From assembly GCA_020536535.1 (NCBI GenBank), contig JAHLWZ010000761.1, forward strand, positions 4,053-68,052: 64,000 nt of DNA. The letters run 5' to 3'. This DNA comes from Pelomyxa schiedti. Its lineage: Eukaryota; Protista; Evosea. Both the position numbers and the translations under genes were made by a program. Below are positions 37,939 through 49,070 of this stretch, in pieces. Every line of letters begins with the position of its first letter. Position 1 is the stretch's first letter. Below the pieces are notes generated by a model. The model ran no database searches and was not told the origin of the DNA. It worked only from the letters and a program-made list of their open reading frames with translations.

Positions 37939-40900
37939 ATGCCGTCCTCGTCCTCTTCGAAGGTTGGTTCGCAATTACGTTTTTCCCTTTCCCGAGATTA
38001 GTTCCCTTGTTAACGATGGTTCTTCTTCTTCTTTTTTTTTTTTTTTCTTCCCTGGCTTCCTTCGATATGCTAGAAGAAAAAGGTGTTTCTTCCCTTCCAT
38101 ACGATTTCTAAAAAATAAACTAAACTAAACCAATCCAAACATTTACGAATTTGTAGGGGACACCAGAGGTTAAGAAACACGACAAGTCCAGCAGTAGCGG
38201 CTCCAAGAAAAAGTCCAGCAGTAGCAGTTCCAAGAAACATTCCGGCAAGATACATGTAGGACTTGGGATTGGTGGTAAGGCGGGCTTGGGTATTCACAAA
38301 CCCCACATTGAGGTGAAAATTGGCGGCAAAACCAAATCCAAATCCAAGTCTAGCAGTTCCAAAAAAACCAAATCCGCAGTCCACCTACATGCTGGTGGTT
38401 CCCTCGAGCATCCACACGTTGAAGTTGGAGTGGAGGTTAAGCCCCACGTCGAAGTTGACGTGAAGCCGCACGTTGAAGTTGGAGTGGAGGTTAAGCCCCA
38501 CGTTGAAGTTGAAGCCGCTGTACCACACAGCGAAGTTAGTGTGGAGCTTCCTCATGTGGAAGTTACCCCCCATGTAGACGTGCATCTTCCCCGTCCAGAA
38601 GTTCACGCTGAAAAGCCACATGGTGAGGTTACCCCACATGTAGAGGTGCATCTTCCCCATCCAGAAGTTCAAATTGCGGCCAATGCGGATTTACACCCAC
38701 ATGTGGAGGGTCAAGCAGAGAAGCCCCACATTGCAGTCGAAGTCAAGCCACACGTCGAAGTCCACACTGAGCTGCCGCACATTGAGGCTGAAGTTAAACC
38801 TCACCTTGACATTCACGCTGAAAAGCCACATATCGAAGTCCACATTGACAAGCAACACGAGATTCCCTCAGGAGAGCTACATGTTGAAGTCCACTCAGAT
38901 AAACCACTGATTCACGGTGCGCCTCATATTGGGATTCATCCTGGAGTCCATGCTGAGAAACCGCATGTTGAAGTAAAACCACACATTGAGGTTCATGCTA
39001 CTCCCCACGGCGAAGTAGAGGTGAAGCCAAAAGTGGAGGTTGAGGTTAAACCGTATGTAGATGTTCAGCCTACTATCCCTCATGCTGAAGTACATGTGAA
39101 TGCGCCACACGTTGAAATGCATATCGAAAAGCCACACCTTGAGATTCACCCCTCAGTTCATGTAGACCCCCAACCTCACCTCGATGCCCATATTGAAAAA
39201 CCACATGTTGATCTCCACCCTACATCACATATCGAAGCTCACACCGAAACGCCGCACGTTGAAGTCCACCCTCATGTTGAAGTACATGTTGAGCCTGCAG
39301 CGAAGGTAGAAATTGTAGGCAAGAAAAAGTCAAGTAGCTCCGAGAAACATAAACTGGGCTTGAAGCTTGGTTTCAAGATTGGAGCCAAGAAATCCTCTAG
39401 TTCAGGCAAAAGAAAAGCTTCTCTTCACGCCGATGTAAGCGTGAAGAAGCCAGAAATAGACACAAAGATTGCTGCCAATCTTGAGGTCACAGGAAAGAAA
39501 AAGAGTAGCAGCTCCTCGAAGAAACGGAGTCTGAAAATAGGCGTTCCTAAAATCGGCCTTGGACTAGGAATAGGAAAGAAATCCAGCAGTTCTGAAAAAA
39601 AGAAGGCTGCAATGAAGGGAAAAGTGGAGGTTGCGGCAACGAAGCCTGCTCTTGAAGGCCATGCTTCTATCAAGGTTAAGGCTGGAAGCAAATCCAGCAG
39701 TTCAAAAAAGAAAAAACTCATCAACTTACCTTCTGTGACTCTCGGCAAGAAGTCGAGCAGTTCCGAAAAGAGAAAAGCACTTAAAGTAGCAGTGGAAGGA
39801 AAACTACCTGATATCAGCGCAACAGGTTCTGTTACAGTGGAGAAGAAACCGGAACTAGTAGTAGGAGCTACGGTTGAAGTTTCTACTGGAAAGGTAGAAA
39901 TAGAGGCAAAAAAACCAGAAGGAGAAGTTCACGTCAAAGCGGAAATTTCAACTAAGAAGAAATCTAGCAGTTCAAGCAAGCACAAGCTTGAGCTTCCCAA
40001 GGTTACACTTCCCAGTGTTGAGCTACCCAAAGTGGAACTTCCCAGCGTTGAGCTCCCTAAAGTTCATCTTGGCTTTGGGAAAAAGAAATCCAGCAGTTCA
40101 GAGAAAAGGAAAGTTTCCCTCAAAGCCGAGGCCAGCATAAAACCAGAAACCACAAAGGCACCTGGTGAGGAAATACCAGCTGTACCTCACACAAAAGTGG
40201 AGGTTACAGTAAAGAAGTCCAGCAGCTCTTCAAAGAAACGGACCTTGAAGATAACTCCTCCAACTTTGGGCCTCGGCCTCAATTTAGGGGGAAAGAAATC
40301 CAGCAGTTCCGGAAAAAGGAAAGCAACTATCAGTGTAGAAGTCCACAAGAAAGAGCCGGAAGTTGTTGCGCCAACAGGACACTTGGACTTGTCAATAAAA
40401 CACCCTGAACCAGAACCCAAGGTGGAAGTGAAAAAGGGAGGAATGTTTGCCAACCTTACAGCCAAATTACCAAAAAAGAGTAGCAGCAGCTCGCATAAAT
40501 CAGGCAAAGCAAAGGCATTTGTACCTCTAAATACTCCAGTTATCAGTGTGGATCACAAGAAATCCTCTTCTTCATCCAGCAAAAAAGTCAAAGCTGCAGT
40601 TAAAATAGACATACCAACTCCAAAAGTTGCGGTACAAGTTGAGCCCAAGGTTGAGGTGAAGGTTGATGGGAAGGCAGAAGCCAAGGCAGACGTGAAGGTG
40701 GAGATCGAGAAGCCAAAGGTGGGGATCGACCTCAAGGCTGGTGGCAAGAAATCGAAATCTTCCTCCTCGAGCTCACGGAAGAGGAGAGCAGCTGGAATCA
40801 AGGTCGAAATCGGCCATCCGAAGTTGGGAGTTGACATCAAGGCCAGCGGAAAGAAATCGGGATCGTCCTCCTCGCCCTCACCAAAGAGGAAAGCGGGAAT

Positions 40901-43900
40901 CAAGTTCGGCATCGAGAAACCGAAGTTTGGAGTTGAAATCAAAACTGGGGCAAAGAAATCAGACAGCTCTTCATCCAGGAAGAGGAAAGCAGCCGCAGCC
41001 GTGAAGGTCGACGCTGGGATCAAGGTTGGTGGTGGAATCGCAGTCACAGGTGACAAACCAAAGATGGACGTTGGCATTGGTGTTAAGGTCGATGGAACCA
41101 AAAAGAAGAGCACATCCTCGAGCTCGCGGAAGAGGAAAGCGGGAATCAAGGTCGAGATCGAGAAACCGAAGTTGGGCATTAACATCAAGGCCGGAGCAAA
41201 GAAACCAAGTAGCTCTTCATCCAGGAAGAGGAAAGCAGCCGCAGCGGCGAAGGTCGACGCTGGGATCAAGGTTGATGGTGGAATCGCAGTCACAGGCGAC
41301 AAACCAAAGATTGACGTTGGCGTGAAGGTTGACTCGCCCAAAAAGAAGAGCACGTCGTCGAGCTCTCGCAAGAGAAAGTTGGGAATCAAGATCGACATTC
41401 CCAAGCCAAAGATCGGTGTCGAAATTTCAAAGAAACCCTCATCATCCTCGAGCTCCCGGAAGAGGAAAGCAGCACTCAAGGTTGACATCGAGACGCCAAA
41501 GGTGGATGCTGGTGTCAAGGTTGATGCTGGAATCAAGGTCAGCGGTGACAAACCAAAAGTTGAACCGATGAAGAAGAGTGGAGGGTTCTTTGGCTTCTTC
41601 GGCGGTCCCAAGGCTACTGTGGATGTCCAAGTTGATGGAAAGAAAGCCACTTCGTCGAGCTCGCGAAAGAGGAAAGCAGCACTCAAGGTTGATGCCGGTG
41701 CAAAGGTTGATGCTGGAATCAAGATCAGTGGTGACAAGCCAACGATTGGAGCCACTGTGAAGGTCGATGCAGGAAAAAAGAAGTCAACATCATCCAGCTC
41801 ACGGAAGAGAAAAGCAGGAATGAAGGTTGACATCGAAACACCGAAGTTGGGTGGCGACGTGAAGATTGATGTTGGGAAGAAGAAATCGTCTTCGAGCTCA
41901 AGAAAGAGGAAAGCAGGACTTGCGATCGGTCTCGACAAACCAAAGCTCAACATTGACCTGCATGCTGGCATCAAGAAATCAACATCGTCCTCGAGCTCAC
42001 GGAAGAGGAAAGCCGGAATCAAGGTTGGAATTGAAAAACCCGAAGTTGGCATCAAGGTGGCAGTTGACGGAAAGAAGAGCGAAAGCAGCTCATCCAAGAA
42101 GAGGAAACTTCACTTGGAGGCCAGCGGGAAGAAGCCTGACGTTCACGTGAACGTGGACGCCAAGCCGTCTGTCGAGGTCAGGGTCGAACCACCCAAAGCA
42201 GACGTCAAGGTTGAACCACCAAAGGTGGATGCCAAGGCGGGCGTCAAAGTTGATGCCAAGGTTGAAGTCAAGAAACCAGGATTCTTTGACAGCATCTTCT
42301 CCAAGAAAGAGCCTCCCAAGGTTGAGGTGAAGGTTGATGTGCATGCTGGCAAAAAGGTTTCCACATCGTCGAGCTCTCGGAAGAGGAAAGCTGCAATCAA
42401 GGTCGAAAAGCCAAAGGTGGAAGTTGCAATTGATGNNNNNNNNNNNNNNNNNNNNNNNNNNNNNNNNNNNNNNNNNNNNNNNNNNNNNNNNNNNNNNNNN
42501 NNNNNNNNNNNNNNNNNNNNNNNNNNNNNNNNNNNCCAAGAAGAGGAAACTTCACTTGGAGGCCAGCGGGAAGAAGCCTGACATTCACGTGAACGTGGAC
42601 GCCAAGGGACCAAAGAAGTCTGGATCTTCGTCGAGTTCAAGCAAGAAACACGCCAAGCCGTCTGTCGAGGTCAGGGTTGAACCACCCAAAGCAGATGTCA
42701 AGGTTGAACCACCAAAGGTGGATGCCAAGGCTGGTGTCAAAGTTGATGCCAAGGTTGAAGTCAAGAAACCAGGATTCTTTGACAGCATTTTCTCCAAGAA
42801 AGAGCCGCCCAAGGTTGAGGTGAAGGTTGATGTGCATGCTGGCAAAAAGGTTTCCACATCGTCGAGCTCTCGGAAGAGGAAAGCTGCAATCAAGGTCGAA
42901 AAGCCAAAGGTGGAAGTTGCAATTGATGGAAAGAAGAAAACTTCGTCGAGCTCACGGAAGAGGAAAGCGGGAATCAACATCGGCATCGAGAAACCAAAGA
43001 TCAACCTCGACCTTCAAGCCGGTGCGAAGAAATCTTCATCCTCGAGCTCTCGGAAGAGGAAGGTGGGAATCAAAGTTGATGCAGGAGTCGCTGTTTCTGG
43101 TGACAAACCAAATCTCGACGTTTCTGTGAAGGTCGACGGAGCGAAAAAGAAATCAACGTCGTCGAGCTCTCGGAAGAGGAAGTTGGGAATCAAGATCGAC
43201 ATCCCCAAGCCAAAGATCGGTGTCGAAATTTCAAAGAAACCCTCATCATCCTCGAGCTCTCGGAAGAGGAAAGCAGCACTCAAGGTTGACCTCGAGAAGC
43301 CAAAGGTTGATGCTGGTTTCAAGGTTGATGCTGGTTTCAAGGTGGATGCTGGTGTCAAGGTTGATGCTGGAATCAAGGTCAGCGGTGACAAACCAAAGGT
43401 CGAACCACCGAAGAAGAGTGGAGGGTTCTTTGGCTTCTTCGGCGGCCCCAAGCCAGANNNNNNNNNNNNNNNNNNNNNNNNNNNNNNNNNNNNNNNNNNN
43501 NNNNNNNNNNNNNNNNNNNNNNNNNNNNNNNNNNNNNNNNNNNNNNNNNNNNNNNNNGAGCGAAAAAGAAATCAACGTCGTCGAGCTCTCGGAAGAGGAA
43601 GTTGGGAATCAAGATCGACATCCCCAAGCCAAAGATCGGTGTCGAAATTTCAAAGAAACCCTCATCATCCTCGAGCTCCCGGAAGAGGAAAGCAGCACTC
43701 AAGGTTGACATCGAGAAACCAAAGGTTGATGCTGGTTTCAAGGTTGATGCTGGAATCAAGGTCAGTGGTGACAAACCAAAAGTTGAACCGATGAAGAAGA
43801 GTGGAGGGTTCTTTGGCTTCTTCGGCGGCCCCAAGCCAGAAGCACCCAAAGTCACTGTTGGTGCCAAAGTTGAAGGGAAGCAATCCACTTCGTCAAGCTC

Positions 43901-46426
43901 TCGGAAGAGGAAAGCAGCACACAAGGTTGATGCTGGAATCAAGGTCGGTGGTGACAAGCCAGCGATTGGGGTCAGTGTGACGGTCGATGGTGGTGTGAAG
44001 GTTGATGGCAAGAAGAAGACATCAACATCGTCCTCGAGCTCACGGAAGAGGAAAGCCGGAATCAAGGTTGACGTCAGCAAACCCGAAGTTGGCATCAAGG
44101 TGGCAGTTGACGGAAAGAAGAGCGAAAGCAGCTCATCCAAGAAGAGGAAACTTCACTTGGAGGCCAGCGGGAAGAAGCCTGACATTCACGTGAACGTGGA
44201 CGCCAAGGGACCAAAGAAGTCTGGATCTTCGTCGAGTTCAAGCAAGAAACACGCCAANNNNNNNNNNNNNNNNNNNNNNNNNNNNNNNNNNNNNNNNNNN
44301 NNNNNNNNNNNNNNNNNNNNNNNNNNNNNNNNNNNNNNNNNNNNNNNNNNNNNNNNNCCAAGAAGAGGAAACTTCACTTGGAGGCCAGCGGGAAGAAGCC
44401 TGACATTCACGTGAACGTGGACGCCAAGGGACCAAAGAAGTCTGGATCTTCGTCGAGTTCAAGCAAGAAACACGCCAAACCGTCTGTCGAGATCAGGGTC
44501 GAACCACCCAAAGCAGATGTCAAGGTTGAACCACCAAAGGTGGATGCCAAGGCGGGTGTCAAAGTTGATGCCAAGGTTGAGGTCAAGAAACCAGGATTCT
44601 TTGACAGCATTTTCTCCAAGAAAGAGCCTCCCAAGGTTGAGGTGAAGGCAGACGTGAAGGTTGACGGGAAGGCAGAAGCCAAGGCAGACGTGAAGGTGGA
44701 GATCGAGAAGCCAAAGGTGGGGATCGACCTCAAGGCTGGTGGCAAGAAATCGGGATCGTCCTCCTCGAGCTCTCGGAAGAGGAAAGCGGGAATCAAGGTC
44801 GAGATCGAGAAACCGAAGTTTGGAGTTGACATCAAGGCCGAAGCAAAGAAATCAGGCAGCAGCAGCTCTTCATCCAAGAAGAGGAAAGCAGCCGCAGCCG
44901 CCAAGGTCGACGCTGGGATCAAGGTTGATGGTGGAATCGCAGTCACAGGTGACAAACCGAAGATTGACGTTGGCGTGAAGGTTGACTCGCCCAAAAAGAA
45001 GAGCACATCCTCGAGCTCTCGCAAGAGGAAAGCTGGTCTCTCCGCGAAAGTCGAAGTTGAAAAGCCCAAGGTTGATGCCGGTGTCAAGGTTGACGCAAAG
45101 AAACCAGAGGCTCCAAAGAGGGGAGGTTTCTTTGGCTTCTTTGGTGGCTCGGCAGAACCACCAAAGGTTGAAGTCAAGGCTGACGTTCATGCTGGCAAGA
45201 AGTCTTCCAGCTCCTCGAAGAAGGGCAAGGCTGCTGTGTCGGTCAAAGTGGATGCCGGCGTCAAGGCAAGTGCTGACAAGCCAAAGACCGACAGTGCCGA
45301 CAAGCCCTCAAGACCACCCAAGAAACCCCGTGGCTTTTTCGCGTCCCTTCTGTTCTCGAGCTCTTCAAGTTCTTCCTCTTCCTCCAGTTACAGTTCTTCC
45401 GGTTCCTCAAGTTCTGAAAGCAGCAGAAAGCCTGTTACTACTGAAGTAAAAGGGAAGGCTTCTGTTAAGGTGGCTACCGAAGTTGATGCAAACAAGAAAG
45501 TGAGTGTACCCAAGGCAAGCAAGTCGTCATCCTCAGGGAAGAGAAAGTTGGGAATAAAGGTTGACCTTGAGAAGCCAAAGGTTGATGCTGGAGTTAAGGT
45601 GGATATCAAGACCGGTGCCAAGAAGGATTCTTCCTCCTCTCGGCGCAAGCACAAATTATCAATGAAAGCTGAAGGTAAAGTGGAAGCACCTGCAGTTGAA
45701 GTTAAAGTAAACACTGATACTTCTGTGGGTGTAAAGAAGTCATCGTCTTCTGGTAAGCGCAAAGCTATAACTGCCGCGAAGGTTGCTGTTGACGTATCAG
45801 CAAAGCCTAAAAAGTCCTCCTCCTCCCATAAACGAAAAGGACTAGGACTAGGCCTTGCTGCTGTTTTACCCGTGATTAAGAAGTCCTCGTCCTCCTCCAA
45901 AAAACGCAAAGCACTTGAGATTACTCCCACGGTAGGCGCAAAAGTAGATGTCTCAGTTGAAGCAAAGGCAGATGTTAAACTTGCAATAAAGGAAGATGTG
46001 AAAGTCACCAGCAAGCACTCCTCCTCCTCTTCTAGACACCGCAAACTCGACATAACAGTGAAGGCAGGAAAGAGTTCTTCATCATCAAAGAAAAAATTAC
46101 ATGGTCTACGCCTAGGTTTGGGTATTAAGATTGCCGAACACAACGAAGCAGTACACAAAGCTGCAGTTGCCACTGAAGATCATCACGAAGCTCACGTTGC
46201 AGTTCACGCAGAAGCACCCAAGGTTGAAGTAGAGGTTGCCAAACCTCATGTGGAAGCTCACATCACCGCTGGTGTTGATGCCAATGCATCAGTTGGTGTT
46301 GGTGCCAAGCTGGAAACTCCGGAAATTAATGTTCATGCCAAGAAGGACAAGAAATCGAGCTCGTCCTCTAGCAAGAAGCACAAGAAATCCAAGTCAAGCT
46401 CAAGTTCCAGTAAGAAACACCACTAA
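37939..46426 (+). CDS. Giant repeat protein (about 2,800 aa including gaps): His-rich PHVEV repeats, then about 50 poly-Ser/basic modules separated by K-V-D/E-rich segments
   Basis: First exon MPSSSSSK (37939-37962). The main exon starts at 38157, is open across four contigs joined by 100-N gaps, and ends SSSSSSKKHH* at 46426. No stop codons in the sense frame of any contig. Confidence 0.8.
38400..39300 (+). repeat. Imperfect tandem coding repeats encoding (K/T)PH(V/I)EV units
   Basis: For example, cacgttgaagttggagtggaggttaagccccacg occurs twice within about 38415-38505. PHVEV-like units recur throughout. Confidence 0.85.
42436..42535. other. Assembly gap (100 N)
   Basis: Run of exactly 100 N, so a placeholder length. 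Confidence 0.99.
43458..43557. other. Assembly gap (100 N)
   Basis: Run of exactly 100 N. Confidence 0.99.
44258..44357. other. Assembly gap (100 N)
   Basis: Run of exactly 100 N. The roughly 120 bp before the gap is repeated immediately after it. Confidence 0.99.
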
Positions 46427-46533
46427 ATAACAAGCACACCCTTGTCTTCATAGGTTTGTTTTTTTAGTCCACCAGGTTTATGCTGGTTGGATGGGAATAA
46501 ATAAAACTTTTTTTTTTTAAAGTTTTCTTGTCT

Positions 46534-48992
46534 TTAGAGGTAACCCAATTTCTGAATAGCGAAAAATTGTTCCGGTACCTCAGCCAGTATGGCACTAGCA
46601 AAGGCAGCCTCAGGCACACCGCCACATTGTGCGAGTTTGAGAATTTCCATGCTGTAGTTTTGGTAAAATGATTATGTTTGCATCCAGGATGCAAAAAAAA
46701 AAAGGGGAGGTTTACACACAAGGCAACAAAACGGAAGTTGTCAAATTTCCGCTCTGGCAAACCGGTGTCAAATTCTGCAATGAAAAGTCCGTAAGTGAAT
46801 TATAGGGATTTGATTTGCCAAGAATACCTTTCATTAGCTCCCACGGACCATCACCCACTCCTACTGTAATGATTGACAGTGGGAAGGAGGAAGCCGCAAC
46901 AATTTCATCGCGGGTGGGCTTGGGATCGTCAATTTGGCAATGGGAAATTCTGTTTGGTTGTTATTTGTAATGGATTGAAGAAATGAGAAATGTAGGGTTC
47001 CGTACATAAGAAGGATGTGATAAGTTCTTGTGGCTGCCGTAACAGCAATGGCTTGCCTTATAATAGGCGCAAACGAAGTGGGCCCACTGAGTTTAATGTT
47101 CGGGAGAATTTCCCCATAACGCTGAAGCACCTCCACATAGCGCTAGTTGGAAGAGTTAGGGTCAAATTGTGGGAAGATGCAGTGTGTTGTTGTTTCGAAA
47201 GAAGAGAGTATGTGGATGCAGAGAACGGTGATGACTATTCAGAAGAGAGAAGCAATAGTTTGGTGGTTTACCAAAAAATGAAGTGGGGAGATGTTGAACA
47301 AAGAATTACATTGCAAGCTCTATTTGGAAGGAAAGGAAACACGGCATGGTCTCGGGTACTACTATCTCCAAAACCGAACGTCTTTAGAGTGGTGAAATTT
47401 ATATAACGCAAGTTAACACATTACCGAGACCATCTTGCTGTCATCGAACGCCTCAATGGAGCCACCAATGCAGGTAATTACAGCCTGATAGGGATTTGCA
47501 ATGCCAGGAGTGATTTGATGCAACGACCTGCCAGTAAATGAGGTCTTTCCCTTCCATTCGTTTTGAGCAGTGAAATCAATGCCGATAATCAACTTGCATG
47601 ACCGAAGGCCTCTCTGCCGTAATTCCTGCACCACCTTTTGGAAAAATTCTTTAGAAGCATGTGGATTAAAGAGCTTCGCACCTGCTCCATTGACATATAT
47701 TTTGGAATTATCGGGTAAAATTTGTATGACTCAGAAGAAAGGAGGCTCTTTATGAAACCGTTAATAACTGGGTCGTTTTGTTTTCCAAGAAGCTCTAAAA
47801 TCCTATTCCCATTATTGGTAACCCACTCGATTTGTACTCGGAGAGGCTGAAGAGATAAGTTAGTGGCAAACCTGATGTTTATTTGTTCTTAACCACCTCC
47901 AACGATTCTGGTGTGGCGCCTCGCTTCAGCGCATTAGATGCTGTTGCTTTCAGTTCGGCGTTTTTCGTGGTCAAAAATGAGAGAGCAGTTACAAGTTCGT
48001 CAGGTGAAGTAGCACGCTCTACAAGAGAGTGCAGAACTAAATGCAGAGGGACAGTAGCCAACAGGGATTTGAAGGTGTTTTCTGAGTCTGTAGACATCTC
48101 TTGAAGTTGGGAATTGGGTGTGGTGGATGTGGTACTGGAGCTTGCTTGAGCAGTTGTAGCAGCGGCAGCGGCAGGTAATGCTGAATAACTTTAGTCTTTT
48201 CAGTACTATAGTAGGTAAAAATACACATAAATAACCAAAACACAACAATATAATTTATAGATTTTTAAAAACCGCAAAACAACTTTGGGATCCGGTTCTT
48301 CTTCTTTTTGAATCCACACGTTCCAGCTTTTGAGACTTCGCAACCTGCAGCCTTGCTTGTGCCAAGGCCACCTCAGCCTCAAGCTCAGCCACACTCTTGT
48401 TCCCCACACCGCTCCCGTTTGATGTCCCACCAGTGGCCGCCGGCGCAGCCGCGGCAGTTGCATTCGACGCCGAACTTGCAGTTGCACTTGCAGCTGCAGT
48501 TGCATTTGTTGCATTTGCATTTGCAGCAGGAACGCCCTCTCCAGAGGTCGTAGTCGTCGTCGTCGTAGTCCCAGTCCCAGTAGCCGGGGCAGCTGTGGAC
48601 GTCGGCGTAGTCGAAGCCGGGGTCGCGGCCACGGCCGGGCTCGGCGTCGTGGCGCCTAGATTGGAGCCCGCAGTTGCACCTGACGTCACGGTAGGAGTCG
48701 CCGTGGTCGTCGCAGTTGCAGGCGGCGTCGTGCAGGTAGCCGCGCTCGCCCCGTTAGACGACTGCGTCCCCGACGCAGCCGTCGCCGCCGCGGCCGCGGC
48801 CGCAGCAGCAGCAGCCGCATCGGCTTCGGCCTTCTTCCTTTCTTCCTCCTTCTTTTCCTCGTCGTCCTCCTCCTCCTTTTCCTCTTCGTCCTCGTCCTCC
48901 TTCTCTTCTTCGTCCTCGTCCTTTTCCTCGTCCTCCTCGGCGTCCTCGTCCTCCGTGCAGGACTTTCGTGCCGTTTGTTGCGTTCGTGGCAT
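46534..48992 (-). CDS. Copine/RGLG-type vWA-domain protein with H3-tail-like N-terminus, acidic tract and Ala/Thr-rich linker
   Basis: vWA motifs: LRSCKLIIGIDFTAQNEWKGKTSFTGRSLHQI...NPYQAVITCIGGSIEAFDD, SGPTSFAPIIRQAI, RKFDNFRFV, EAAFASAILAEVPEQFFAIQKLGYL*. Exon 1 (48992-) splices in frame to the MSTDSENTF exon and onward. Confidence 0.8.
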
Positions 48993-49070
48993 GGTTTTTG
49001 TTTTGTCTTTTTGATTTCGAAATTGTATTGATTGAAATCTGCTGCTGTTTCCTCGAATTTTGTTTTTTTT

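Larger units (their letters stand above)
40650..45100 (+). repeat. Long, near-identical internal direct repeats (100-400 bp blocks) within the giant gene
   Basis: The block ccaagaagaggaaacttcacttggaggccagcggg starts near 42095, 42536, 44137 and 44358. The block KLGIKIDIPKPKIGVEISKKP starts near 41380, 43180 and 43600. 40660-40830 is duplicated near 44660-44830. Confidence 0.9.

Noticed and set aside
39425-46173. Long minus-strand ORFs (e.g. 40553-42097, 514 aa) over the giant repeat gene
   Set aside because: These are antisense shadows of a repetitive sense ORF (poly-Ser codons read back as Glu/Leu/Asp) with no independent motifs.
38286-46426. CRISPR array or transposon-like direct repeats
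   Set aside because: The repeats are in-frame coding units of variable length without unique spacers. There are no cas, transposase or RT genes and no terminal repeats.
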